Shown: positions 22,701-29,779 of the stretch, in pieces | How positions within the stretch are numbered: position 1 is the stretch's first letter | Layout: each line of letters begins with the position of its first letter | Source of the DNA: Thalassospira australica | GTDB taxonomy: Bacteria > Pseudomonadota > Alphaproteobacteria > Rhodospirillales > Thalassospiraceae | Direction: 5' to 3' | DNA length: 64,000 nucleotides | Assembly (NCBI RefSeq): GCF_044790785.1 | Contig: NZ_CP085258.1 | Location: 2,559,689-2,623,688, forward strand | The notes under the pieces: model-generated | Databases searched by the model: none | What the model was told of the DNA's origin: nothing | The model's input: only the letters and a program-made list of their open reading frames with translations | Made by a program: the position numbers and the translations under genes

Positions 22701-25700
22701 CCACCGGCCGAACCCGAACGCACCCTGCTGTCCGAAGTTTCTCTATCCTATATGAACTATGCACAGGGCGATTACGGACCGGACGAACAAGCCAAATCCA
22801 TGCGCCCCATTGGGCTTGGCCGGCAGCAATGCAAAAACGATCTGGCGATCTTTGTGCGCGACCTTCCCGAAAGAATGGTCATCTCGTTCGACTATTATGT
22901 CGATATGTTTGATCGCGCCCGCATGGTCGAACTCGGTCACATCTTTACGACAACCCTGAAAAAACTGGTTGCCACGGACGCCAACGCAAACACCGCACCG
23001 ATTGCCTCCCTGGATCTTCTGCCCGATGATCAGAAAGCAAATATCGAAATCTGGGAACAGGGTCCGCAACCGGAAACCAGCCTTGATGCGGATGCGAATG
23101 CCGGGATCTTTGCGATATTCGCCAATCAGGCCTCCGTCACCCCCGATGCCCCTGCCATCCGCGATACCAATGGCACATGGACCTTTGGGGAACTGCATGC
23201 CAAGGCGCGCGCCATTGCCAATTGCCTGCAAACCGCCGGGATCGAACCGGGCGATCTGGTTGCAATGCATATTGAACGTGGTCGTCCGGCCATTGCCGCA
23301 ATTCTCGCGATTACCGCCATCGGCGCGGGATATGTCCCGCTTGATCCGGCCTATCCGGTGGCACGCAATCAATTCATCCTTGCCGACAGCGGGGCCAAAC
23401 TGGTTCTGGTTGATAACGCCGGGCATGACGCCCTTGGCTCCCTGTCCGAAACCGGCGATCCATCCCCGCAACGGATCAATATTGTGGGCATTGCCCCGGC
23501 ACCAGCCGATTTCACCCTTCCCGAACTGACCAACCCGGACAGTTTTCCTGCCTATATCATGTATACCTCCGGCTCGACCGGAACGCCCAAGGGGGTTCTG
23601 ATCGAACAGGGTGCAGTACGCCGGCTGGCATTGGGCGCGGATTACGCCAAAATCGTTGCCTCTGATGTGGTGGCACAGGCAGGCCCACTGGCATTTGATG
23701 CCTCGACCTTTGAAATATGGGCGACCTTGCTGCGTGGTGCGGAAATCGCCGTGATTGACCGCGATGACCTGCTTGATCCGGCCAAACTCGGCGATGCCCT
23801 GTCGCAATCGGGTGTTACGAAAATGTTCATGAGCGTCGGCCTGTTCAACCGTCAGGTCGATCATGATCCCCGCACCCTTGCCGGGCTTGATATCCTGATG
23901 GTCGGCGGGGACGCGATCAGCAAACAGCATGTCCGCACCTTTATCGCCGCCTGCCCGCACGTCACGGTTCTGAACGGTTATGGCCCGACCGAAAGCACGA
24001 CCTTTGCCGTTGTCGGCCCGATCACCGAAAATGATCTGTCGGGCGATACCGATGCCACCATCATCGGCAAACCCATCCCCTGTACCAAAACGCTGATCCT
24101 TGATCAGAACGGTCAACGCACCCCGGTTGGCGTCTGGGGCGAATTGATGATTGGCGGGTCACGTCTGGCGCGCGAATACTGGCAACGTCCCGACCTGACC
24201 TGCGAACGGTTCATCCCCGATCCCGATCAGCCCGGCGAACGGCTCTATCGCACCGGCGACCTGACCCGATGGACCCGCGAGGGCCGAATCGAATTTGGCG
24301 GCCGTCATGACAATCAGATCAAACTGCGCGGTTTCCGTATTGAACTGGATGAAATCGAACAACAGCTTCAATCCACACCCGACATCAAAAATGCGGTTGC
24401 CCTGTTTGACTCGATCGCCCCTGATGGTGGGGCGATCATCGGCTGTATTCAGACGACACAGAATCAGGATATCGATTTCCCTGCCCTGATGACGTGGCTT
24501 GGCCAACATCTGCCCGGCTACATGATCCCGGCGAAATGGCATATCGTCGATGCCATCCCGATCACCGCCAATGGCAAGGTCGACCGAAAGGCCCTGCTCG
24601 AAACGGTGCGCACGCAATCGAGCGCGCTGGCCCTTGACGGCAACACCGATACCCCGCCCGCCAACGCCGCCGAAAAACTGGTTGCCGATATCTTTACCGA
24701 GGTTTTCGCAACCCCCATCCGTAACCGGCACGCAAGCTTCACCCAGCTTGGCGGTCACAGTCTGATGGCAATCCGGATCGTAAACCGCATTGCGGATCGG
24801 ACCGGCAAACGCATCAGCATGGCCGACTTCTTTGCCGATCCGACGGTCGCGGGGCTTGCCCGCCATATCGACAATGCCACCATTGATATCGCCGCAACCG
24901 GCAATGGCCAAATCCCGCCCGCACCGGAAATGGAACATTACCCGGCCAGCCACGCGCAAAAACGGCTTTATCTGCTCTCAAAGATGGACGGCAACAGCGG
25001 TGCCTATGGGATGCTTTATGTCTTCCGCTGCACCGGTGATTTGCGTGCCGATATCCTGCAATCCGCCCTGACCCGGCTGGTCGACCGTCATGAAACATTG
25101 CGCACGGGCTTTGCCGAACAGGACGGCACGATCACGCAGAAAATCCATGCCACCACCCCGCCCGCCGTCGCGTTTGACGATCTTTCCGGTCATGCCGATC
25201 CGGCCCGCGAAGCCCTTCGTCTGACCCGGCTTGAGGCGGCAACACCGATCATCCTCGATCAGCCGCCGCTGATCCGCGGGCGCGTCATCCGGGTGGCGGC
25301 CAATGAAAGCCTGATGATCCTGATGACCCATCATATCGTCGGCGATGGCTGGTCTTCGCGCATCCTGATCAACGAACTTGGCGCGCTTTATGATGCCGTC
25401 CTTCATCAGCGGAACGATGCCCTGCCGCAACTTCCGATCACATACAAGGATTTCGCCCATTGGCAATCCCGACAGGATTGGGCCGATGCTGCCGATTACT
25501 GGCGTCAACAGCTTGCCAATGCCCCGGAACAGATCAATCTGCCAACGGATCGCCCTGTACCGGAAAAACAATCCTTCCGCGGCGCGCATGTGCATCTTGC
25601 CCTGCCTGATGACGTCCTGTCCGGCCTGCACCAGCTCGCCAGCCGGAACAAAACAACCCTGTCATCGGTTGGCCTGTCGCTGTTTTCCGCCATGCTCTAT

Positions 25701-26252
25701 CGCCTGACGCGCCAACCTGACATGGTTATCGGCATGGGCGTTGCCGGGCGTGAACGTATCGAGACCGAGGGCCTGATCGGCTTCTTTGTCAATGTCCTGC
25801 CGATCCGCATGCAGCTTGACGACGACACCGATCTTGGCGACCTGATCCGTACCACCCATATCAATATTGGCAATGCGCTGGACCGGCAGGATTTCCCGTT
25901 TGATGAACTGGTCCGGGCCGTCGCACCAAAACGCAAATCCAACCGTCAGCCGCTGGTTAATGTGGTGTTCGAATATCAACGCTTCGAAGCCGTAACCAAT
26001 ATGACGCAATCCGGTCTGCCGCTGCTGGCTCCCGATGCCGACGGCATCCTGCCATCCAATATGGATGCCTTTGTCGATAACACGACGGCCAAACATGACA
26101 TCATTCTGTTCCTGACCGAAGAAGCCGGTCAGGCACGCTTCACCCTTGAATATGACACCGATCTGTTCGATGCGGAAACCATGCAGCGCTGGTTGGCCTT
26201 CCTTGGCAAATTTGCCGCTGCCGCCGCACAAAATGCCCAAAGGGATGCATAA
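10728..26252 (+). CDS. hybrid NRPS-PKS, modules 3-7: docking-C-A-T-C-A-T-KS-DH(like)-KR-ACP-ACP-C-A-T-C
   Basis: 5174 aa. TubC-N-like docking N-terminus (LLDKLRQRDIALSLHANGHDLCFDAP). C domains IDHLCFDGQS (~11331; first His replaced by Asp), HHAICDGWS (~14431), HHTVSDGFT (~22111), HHIVGDGWS (~25330). Three A domains with TSGSTG(A/R/T)PKGV cores (~12710, ~15838, ~23565). PCPs LGGHSL / VGGNSL / LGGHSL. KS DTACSSSL (~17750), EAHGTGTSLGDP, GNYGHLDGAAG, followed by a KS-AT-type linker but no AT (no GHSxG). DH-like region with degenerate HxxxGxxxxP (HHLNGQPTLVGMAVP). KR GGTGGFAMA plus YSAANAFLD. Two tandem carrier domains DDDFFALGGDSITGMQIVDRMNAEL. Ends in a C domain. ATG at 10728 with GGGAG SD; stop overlaps the gene 3 ATG. 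Confidence 0.9.
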   Translation: MNTDQLFRRTQTARTLLDKLRQRDIALSLHANGHDLCFDAPTGAFDDALKSETRDLKAEIIGLLRAPSEPDTKGSSAGPILKSFPAHPAIEGQWIARRDQPTSANYHIVTGFSLPEGTGFSAVRDAIATIVKRHDALRSTFVEQDGQLIQRVHAYMPVSVRKIETTREIRHDLFDLATGPLARFGYVGHDDGQVPQLAMAIDHLCFDGQSVMLLQKELLAILAGNPPGNIPDIEKLVRNAHYNLDRERGEIARKFWSSRTDKLLSVGLPDDPATDSNGDGKRFLIELTGQDAEAVAKLASHTRKTTQTTLWAALTIAVIARHKENATAIIGLPFAGRRDRETMQSMGCFVNLLPVAIKPDMTGTLENLTRQVGHEVLSILDVQDYPLSRLVHDLTQAAQGPIGQPFDAVHVMETSDSPFVIEDLDFGAGKFPLMIGMMKNGAETFLAVEYQSNIYGNAWAERFAKRFLTFARALAKNPDMPLGLVDLLPEDERDHLSITLNDTASDYPHDCGLGELLARQIAKPANADKVALQDRDRKITYRMLGQRVAAISAGLDALDVAPGSIVALAADRSLDAIITLLGIAWHGAAYLPIDKSLPGDAIATLMAECGAGILLCDDAEFERLSGLSGRVRIARLPDTNATSDATFTRRSGDDLAYVMFTSGSTGAPKGVLIPNRAVARLVVNNRALAFDDTDVMAQAASLGFDAATLEIWAPLLNGGRLVLIDNETLFDPESLHNALKDGGVTTMWLTASLFNRIADDAPGCFAPLKRLLSGGEVLSPAHLQKVMAACPDLALINGYGPTENTTFTCIHPITAQDVQSANIPIGRPIGNTRTYILDTGGQPVPTGVWGELYAAGDGLALGYSGAPERTAKAFVTFDHLPETRLYKTGDRARWRADGVIEFGGRGDGQVKIRGHRIETAAIEKRLAEIDGIRNACVIAADSGADAFLGAAIAADQDNSTIWMQVLGRNLPDYMIPERFLVLDHLPVNVNGKVDRKQLLHALTDTAPLVPQTGNAATGNELEQIVTEQFRALFGNRDITPSSDFFALGGHSLVAMRLAGLLEKSTGIRPKLQDIFVARTVGGIATLLANHKQNGKQFRIPKADGPKFPLSSGQARLWVLQRMQPDMAVYSVPAAFEINGPIDADALQAALHKLEERQHALRLRFKSDPHHPDGVSQYLAPAGSWVLGRHQMDEGPARLFIARETVRPFDLENKPLARADLITLAPKRHWMLVSLHHAICDGWSMPTLLRDLAALYAAETGATAASLPLLDRHYEDFASWQHGYLNSTGGKDLLARWKERLLPLPEPLALPSDRRRPKVRRFAGDFNEIAFGEQTTRLINDAADRHGTTAFSILTALVQILMYRQCGQTDIPLGMLVAGREQTALDDVVGFFVNTVVLRQNVDPNAGFDDHLAQTGKTIIDALSDQAAPFEDVVAAVNAPRDPARNPLFDVLVAWQDSIPNLGKLGDAELSLLKTEFPFSKFDLAFYFSKQNDALLCQIEFDTDLFDKSTIQAIFNRLEILAVAALSTSSSAKIAELPILPANERTRIDQFNATDLDLVIERSISEPFIDQVRATPDAPAVIGTSATLSYEQFARRAAGIAAKLRAASVGPGDVIGVAVRRSVDMLAAIHGILLCGAAYSPLDPDHPEQRRTDMLDDLGYPRVVTTADLADLFDANNVLIIDGHEDADIPDAINAPDDLAYVLFTSGSTGRPKGVEIAHRGVLNRILWMQDAFPIGPDDVILQKTPITFDVSVWELFWWSWTGARIVLPDPGVERDPQQLAQAIRDHGVTTMHFVPSMLASFLFSVEHGLVDIEHLGSLKRVFASGEALDPALVKRFNDLLFDRFGTELHNLYGPTEATVDVTWHACSPLENPDIVPIGKPIANTTIRILDDKLGDMPIGIAGEIVLGGPQIALGYRNRPELTTEKFPDDPRNPGHKLYRTGDLGRFLADGSVEYLGRIDHQVKIRGFRIECGEVETTIESHDLVERALVKAVRVGGLDELHAFVLGDDALTLGILRDHLRTRLPEYMIPARFFALDHLPLTSSGKVDRKALSGTPMAGSPKTASRRSKPAIAARSDADNPDLENLERVLQRLWQEILPGVIAGRDDGFFDVGGNSLLLLRLHEKINARWPGTISIADLFASPTIARQAELLAGLDIATDDPEPAKGAPLATNEPIAVIGIGLQLAGADDIDTFWADVARGADRVRPLPPERDHETRDMMAAIGRSVPARFREAAYLDHIFDFDPGRFRMAPADAALIDPEQRLFIETALMAMENAGYGGQALRGQKVGIFAGGGANPAWRIAMEHVARDKAEQIFALNVPSNMVTRLSFLKDWRGPASIVDTACSSSLVAVHQACQNLRSGTCTVALAGGAKLIPCPPDADGGFTIDSSTARTRAFDDAADGTGMGEGSVVFVLKPLGNAIADGDPVHAIIRGSAVNQDGASSGAAAPNPAMQADVIRQAAQTADIELGSLSYIEAHGTGTSLGDPIEIDGLTRAFAQSTDENGFALIGSAKGNYGHLDGAAGALGLARAIMALRFDQAPPQPFFETPNSRIDFARAPVRPTNRLEPLADRGAPRRAGVSSFGLSGINAHVILEAAPKRSANAPYDIAQNGTFILALSAANEAALTDYAAKLHRDIANDTTLDVRDICHTLATGRDQLRHRFAVSVSDRQSLLHALAGLIAGDTANCAAPKPAAFSVPAVSGDPADATANARQWLEGANLIWPEDMRARRVSLPHAPFAKIVCKPVFGDTRAPDNTIMTGPVETERGRCFAIPVASPSFWPTNEHHLNGQPTLVGMAVPAMIATAARNGMGDPSVHISDLKWQKTLLPNALPDGTATLLLGNDGHVELGGRLKNGKWSVFATAHWTNDAPANSHRDNLPSLDHVRAKCTLAANIPPYAPQIGPITISDRWDCRTSMHYSADETTAIMHLKLKPQYHADLRDWIIHPAMADIACSMILTAEDNGSLPVGIDEIILHAPFSGDIIVCADRRHPGQADFTFFDADSHKLLLTIRGIRFSGDSNGKAESAMPELLEIDWLPGTVEMQPVPENTLMIVDGDFWPVPPACLRIHPDALATTGKDMLATAQNVILALEPGEDIALRTARCLRSILRTMRGRMRFVVAGCGAYQINGDTIPTNPDQSAAAGVAIAASAEEPRLVLSFADIAPDDFLAYIGTELATEPGHDPVAAYRNQVRYCRKLRPVSAHDNLAKTNWPDHGVCVVTGGTGGFAMALADEMAMGGKVALALLARRGEDGLDATTRTQLAHLRATGIKVSIHTCDVADKDALSDTLATIRNSLGPITAIAHAAGLADGGFLAVRDMDAFDTIMAAKINGARHLDTLTLNDPVQAFVMFGSLTAIVGVPGQAAYSAANAFLDGFARYRRSQGRPALTIDWCALADQGMAARHNVPLQDGAAITPQQAPVFWRDAMHSTAAQLVVLDPALAGETAAQPVKPVSAPASASPSTPDIPQKIATIWAETLGYDAIAPDDDFFALGGDSITGMQIVDRMNAELKLSLAISDLFAAPTVSDLAAQFGPSPAGDVNLPEPSRYHEAISTGPVNPTDKIAKIWAEILGYDNIDPDEDFYALGGDSITGMQIVDRMNAELACNIGLADLFETPTITALATKISPSVETVKPSPVSLSPAPKPAQPKVKLEVEVETDPRRAPEMEFYPLAPEQVSVLHAEQSGNLGTAFNLPHAFMLDDSVDLDRLRDAIIRLTERHEILRTRLIAKGDDWVMKILPLHDALPDLTLIELDASVSLEDAGVYLVMPFDLATEIPARWRLLCAADGQKALFFDIHHTVSDGFTIEMLLSELLAIYRGQPLPPVPYQLRDYAWWSHLPESRKRLETARDYWLSLYQGPLPRLDLPSDRKRPAFHSFTGEIVAFDLDPAVLKSARKFASDQRVTMFSLMMATWFAVLGRIAATDDLVISVPVNQRDGAGFRDAPGMMVSLLPLRMQIADDETFASLLHKVQNHHIDALRHRAYFLDLLLDDLSPPAEPERTLLSEVSLSYMNYAQGDYGPDEQAKSMRPIGLGRQQCKNDLAIFVRDLPERMVISFDYYVDMFDRARMVELGHIFTTTLKKLVATDANANTAPIASLDLLPDDQKANIEIWEQGPQPETSLDADANAGIFAIFANQASVTPDAPAIRDTNGTWTFGELHAKARAIANCLQTAGIEPGDLVAMHIERGRPAIAAILAITAIGAGYVPLDPAYPVARNQFILADSGAKLVLVDNAGHDALGSLSETGDPSPQRINIVGIAPAPADFTLPELTNPDSFPAYIMYTSGSTGTPKGVLIEQGAVRRLALGADYAKIVASDVVAQAGPLAFDASTFEIWATLLRGAEIAVIDRDDLLDPAKLGDALSQSGVTKMFMSVGLFNRQVDHDPRTLAGLDILMVGGDAISKQHVRTFIAACPHVTVLNGYGPTESTTFAVVGPITENDLSGDTDATIIGKPIPCTKTLILDQNGQRTPVGVWGELMIGGSRLAREYWQRPDLTCERFIPDPDQPGERLYRTGDLTRWTREGRIEFGGRHDNQIKLRGFRIELDEIEQQLQSTPDIKNAVALFDSIAPDGGAIIGCIQTTQNQDIDFPALMTWLGQHLPGYMIPAKWHIVDAIPITANGKVDRKALLETVRTQSSALALDGNTDTPPANAAEKLVADIFTEVFATPIRNRHASFTQLGGHSLMAIRIVNRIADRTGKRISMADFFADPTVAGLARHIDNATIDIAATGNGQIPPAPEMEHYPASHAQKRLYLLSKMDGNSGAYGMLYVFRCTGDLRADILQSALTRLVDRHETLRTGFAEQDGTITQKIHATTPPAVAFDDLSGHADPAREALRLTRLEAATPIILDQPPLIRGRVIRVAANESLMILMTHHIVGDGWSSRILINELGALYDAVLHQRNDALPQLPITYKDFAHWQSRQDWADAADYWRQQLANAPEQINLPTDRPVPEKQSFRGAHVHLALPDDVLSGLHQLASRNKTTLSSVGLSLFSAMLYRLTRQPDMVIGMGVAGRERIETEGLIGFFVNVLPIRMQLDDDTDLGDLIRTTHINIGNALDRQDFPFDELVRAVAPKRKSNRQPLVNVVFEYQRFEAVTNMTQSGLPLLAPDADGILPSNMDAFVDNTTAKHDIILFLTEEAGQARFTLEYDTDLFDAETMQRWLAFLGKFAAAAAQNAQRDA
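21195..21533 (+). repeat. intragenic tandem duplication encoding two near-identical carrier (ACP/PCP) domains
   Basis: A 60-nt block gcccttggcgg(g/c)gattccat(c/a)accggcatgcagatcgtggatcgcatgaatgccgaactg occurs at 21195-21254 and again at 21474-21533 (2 mismatches, 279 nt apart). The flanks are about 80 percent identical. Confidence 0.85.
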
Positions 26253-29200
26253 TGAAAATCGCCGATTTCGATTTTGAAACTCTCGACACACCACCCGGGG
26301 CAGACAACCAACCCGATTCCCGACCATCGGCAACAACCGGCAGCATCGTGACCCGGTTTGCAACGATTGCCGCGTCGCATCCCAATCGCATTGCAACCCG
26401 CGATGAAACCGGCGAAATCAGCTATGCCGAACTGGACCGCCAAAGCAATCGTATCGCGCATTTCATTACCGGGCTTGCCCTGCCCGCCGGATCGCTTGTC
26501 GGCGTGATGACCGGGCGCAACCGCCATTACATCACCGCAACCCTTGGCGTCCTTAAGGCCGGTTTTGCCTTTGTGCCGCTTGATCCGAATGTACCGCTGA
26601 TCCGCCGCACCACACTGGTCCGCAATGCAGCACTACCGCTGATCATTTCCGAAGGCCCCCATATCGGCGACCTGCACCAGTTGCAGTGGCGCTGCAAAAC
26701 CGTCACCGACATTCTGTGTCTTGACCATGACGATATTGATATCCTGACGGAAAATCCCGGTTCCCTGATGTCGGTTGAACTGTGGGATCATCTGGCCGGC
26801 GATGATGCCGACAACATTCTGGCGGGTGGCTGGAAAAGTGCCTTTACCGGGCAGCCGATTGCGCAAAGTGCGATGGATGCCTTTGGCGCAAATGCGCGCA
26901 ACAAGGTCGCCGGTCTGGTATCACGCGATGCCCGCGTACTTGAAATCGGCTGCGCATCCGGTTTCACCATGAAGCATGTCGCCCCCGTCGTCAGCACCTA
27001 TGTCGCGACCGATCTGTCGCGTCGCAACGTCGAACGGACCGAGGCCCTGGCGATCAATCTTGGCATGACCCATGTTATCGGTCGGCAGCTTGGCGCGCAT
27101 GATATCGATGTTTATGAACCGGGCTCGTTCGACCTGATCATCATGAACAGCGTCATCGAAAACTTCCCCGGCTACGGTTATCTGCGCACGGTCCTGGCAA
27201 AGGCAAAAACCCTGTTGGCACCGGGTGGAGCGATTTATCTTGGCAATGTCTGGGATGCGGATCGTCGCGATGATTACCTTGCCGATCTGGCGCAGTTTGC
27301 CCGTGACACGGTGGGCAAGGGATACAATACCCGACTTGATTTCCTCGAAGACCTGTTTGTCCCCCAGTGCTTCCTTGAAGACTGGGCACGCGAACAGGGC
27401 GGCTTTGCCGCCAACCGATCCGCAATCGATGCCGACGGGTTCGATCCCGCCCCCTACACATTCGATTTCGTCCTGACAACGGATGCTGCCAAACAGCCTG
27501 CCCCGCCGCAAAAGCGCCGCCACGATCTGGCCGCACTGACCAACGATGCGCACACCGCAACCGAAACCAATGCAAACGATCTTGCCTATGTCCTGTTCAC
27601 CAGCGGTACCACCGGCACGCCAAAGGGGGTGATGATCGAACATGGCTCGGTTGTAAATCTGGCCCAGTCGGTTCTCGATACGCAGTTAAAACAGATCGGT
27701 GCCGATGCTCCCGACCGCGCCCTTAACCTGACCTGTGTCGCGCCCTTTGCCTTTGACGGCTCCATCGTTCAGATTTTCGCGGCCATCCTGAACGGGCATT
27801 GCCTGAACATCACCGGATCGGCCACGCGAAGCGACCCGGAAGCCCTGCATCACCTGATGGTCGCCAACGCAATTGATCAGCTTGACGCAACGCCAAGCCT
27901 GTTTTCCCTGCTCCTTGACTACTGGGAAGAAAACCGGCTTTCCTGCCCGGCTAGGATGGTGGTTCTGGGCGGTGAAACGGTTTCCGCCCGACTGGTCGAA
28001 CGTTTCTTTGCCCTGCCCGGCCAGACCGACCGCAAACTGGTCAATGCCTATGGCCCGACGGAATGCTGCGTTTCATCGGCCCAGTATGTGATGACCGCGC
28101 ACAACCATAAACAGATTCTGCCGCCCCCAATTGGCAAGGCCATTCAGGGCGTGCATGTGGAAATCTGCGATGATATGGGCCGCCCCTTGCCCGATGGTGT
28201 TCCGGGCGAAATCCGCATCGGCGGTGCCGGTGTCGCGCGCGGCTATCTGAACGACCCGGCCCTGACCGCGCACAAATTTGTCACCGATCACAACGGCAAC
28301 CGGTTCTATCGCAGCGGCGATATGGGCCGGCGGCGCAATGATGGCGAAATCGTTTTTCTTGGGCGCGAAGACGGCCAGATCAAGGTGCGCGGCAACCGGA
28401 TCGAACTGGGCGAAGTCGAACATGCCCTGCTTGCCCATCCCCATATCCGCCGTGCCGCCGTGGTCGCCCATGACCGTCATCAGAACGGCAATGTTGTTCT
28501 GGTCGGTTATGTCGTGACCGATGACAATGCCCATGCCGATTTCGATATCGCGGCGTGTAGGGCAAAACTTGAACAGGCCCTGCCGAACTATATGGTGCCC
28601 AACCATCTGATCACGATGGATGACCTTCCGCTGACCGTGAATGGCAAAATCGATCTTTCACGCCTTCCCATCCCCGAAAACACCGATCAGGCCACAAGCA
28701 CCACCGCAAAGCCGCTTGGCAGCGACCATGAACGCACCGTTGCCCGCCTGATGGGCGAGGTCCTTGATTGCACCGTCGATGACGCCACCGCCGATTTCTT
28801 TGAACTCGGCGGTCACAGCGTCCTTGCGGTTCAGTTCCTGTCAAAAATCAACAAGGTTACCGACGTCAAAATCCCGCTGGGCGATCTGTTTACCTGTGCC
28901 TCGGTCGAAAAGCTCGCCGCGCGCATTTCCGAACGCGAAAACGAAAGCGACGCCAAAAGCCCGATTGTCACCGTCAATGCAGCGGGTACCAAACCACCGA
29001 TGATCTGCTTCCATCCGGTCGGCGGCAATGTGCTGTGCTATCAAAACCTTGCCCGTGAATTCGGCCCCGATCAGCCGCTTTACATGGTCGAAGCCCAAGG
29101 CCTCGAAGAAGGCCAGAATTTGCAGCCAACGGTCGAGGAAATGGTGGCCGCATACATGCCTGCCATCCGCCACACCGTTCCCGACGGCCCGATCCATGTC

Positions 29201-29767
29201 ATCGGCTGGAGCTTCGGCGGATTGCTGGCCTTCGAGGCCGCCTTCCGCATGCAGCAGGCAGGGATCGATGTGCGCAATATCATCCTGCTTGATGCGATTG
29301 CCGTGCCCGATGCGGTCCGCGCCATCCTGCGCAAGGGCGAGGCCGAATATCTTGCCGATATCTTTGCCGAACTCGGCCTTGTCACGGTTGACGAATTGCG
29401 TCCGCTCACCCCCGAAGAACGCATCGACCTGTTGCTGGAACGCGGCAAAAACTGCGACCTTCTGCCTGACGAGGCAGATCGCGGCACCATGCGCCGCCTG
29501 CTTGCAGTATTCCAGAATAACGCACTGGCCGCCGTACATTATGTCCCGCCGAAAATTGACGGGATTGATGTCCTGCTGCTGCGCCCGACAACCGAAACCC
29601 GCGCCGCACCCAGCATCGAAGGCGATCAATATAGCGGCTGGCAAAGGGTCGCGGGTGATGCCCTGACCCTTGAATGGGTTGGCGGCACCCACGGATCAAT
29701 GATGTTCGATCCCCATGTGATCGAAGTTGCCGAACGCATCCGCCGTCATCTTGAAAAATCGAAATGA
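26252..29767 (+). CDS. NRPS termination module: A domain interrupted by a SAM-dependent methyltransferase (between cores A2 and A3), then T and TE
   Basis: A1/A2 cores (LKAGFAFVPLDP). Class I MT motif LEIGCASGF plus DLIIMNSVIENF (~26940-27200). A3 LAYVLFTSGTTGTPKGV (~27600), NAYGPTE, GEIRIGGAGVARGY, YRSGDMGRR, GQIKVRGNRIELGEVE, NGKIDLSRL. PCP FFELGGHSVLAVQF (~28805). TE GWSFGG (~29205). ATG at 26252 with AAGGGA SD, overlapping the gene 2 stop. Confidence 0.9.
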   Translation: MKIADFDFETLDTPPGADNQPDSRPSATTGSIVTRFATIAASHPNRIATRDETGEISYAELDRQSNRIAHFITGLALPAGSLVGVMTGRNRHYITATLGVLKAGFAFVPLDPNVPLIRRTTLVRNAALPLIISEGPHIGDLHQLQWRCKTVTDILCLDHDDIDILTENPGSLMSVELWDHLAGDDADNILAGGWKSAFTGQPIAQSAMDAFGANARNKVAGLVSRDARVLEIGCASGFTMKHVAPVVSTYVATDLSRRNVERTEALAINLGMTHVIGRQLGAHDIDVYEPGSFDLIIMNSVIENFPGYGYLRTVLAKAKTLLAPGGAIYLGNVWDADRRDDYLADLAQFARDTVGKGYNTRLDFLEDLFVPQCFLEDWAREQGGFAANRSAIDADGFDPAPYTFDFVLTTDAAKQPAPPQKRRHDLAALTNDAHTATETNANDLAYVLFTSGTTGTPKGVMIEHGSVVNLAQSVLDTQLKQIGADAPDRALNLTCVAPFAFDGSIVQIFAAILNGHCLNITGSATRSDPEALHHLMVANAIDQLDATPSLFSLLLDYWEENRLSCPARMVVLGGETVSARLVERFFALPGQTDRKLVNAYGPTECCVSSAQYVMTAHNHKQILPPPIGKAIQGVHVEICDDMGRPLPDGVPGEIRIGGAGVARGYLNDPALTAHKFVTDHNGNRFYRSGDMGRRRNDGEIVFLGREDGQIKVRGNRIELGEVEHALLAHPHIRRAAVVAHDRHQNGNVVLVGYVVTDDNAHADFDIAACRAKLEQALPNYMVPNHLITMDDLPLTVNGKIDLSRLPIPENTDQATSTTAKPLGSDHERTVARLMGEVLDCTVDDATADFFELGGHSVLAVQFLSKINKVTDVKIPLGDLFTCASVEKLAARISERENESDAKSPIVTVNAAGTKPPMICFHPVGGNVLCYQNLAREFGPDQPLYMVEAQGLEEGQNLQPTVEEMVAAYMPAIRHTVPDGPIHVIGWSFGGLLAFEAAFRMQQAGIDVRNIILLDAIAVPDAVRAILRKGEAEYLADIFAELGLVTVDELRPLTPEERIDLLLERGKNCDLLPDEADRGTMRRLLAVFQNNALAAVHYVPPKIDGIDVLLLRPTTETRAAPSIEGDQYSGWQRVAGDALTLEWVGGTHGSMMFDPHVIEVAERIRRHLEKSK

Positions 29768-29779
29768 TGGACTGAAAAC

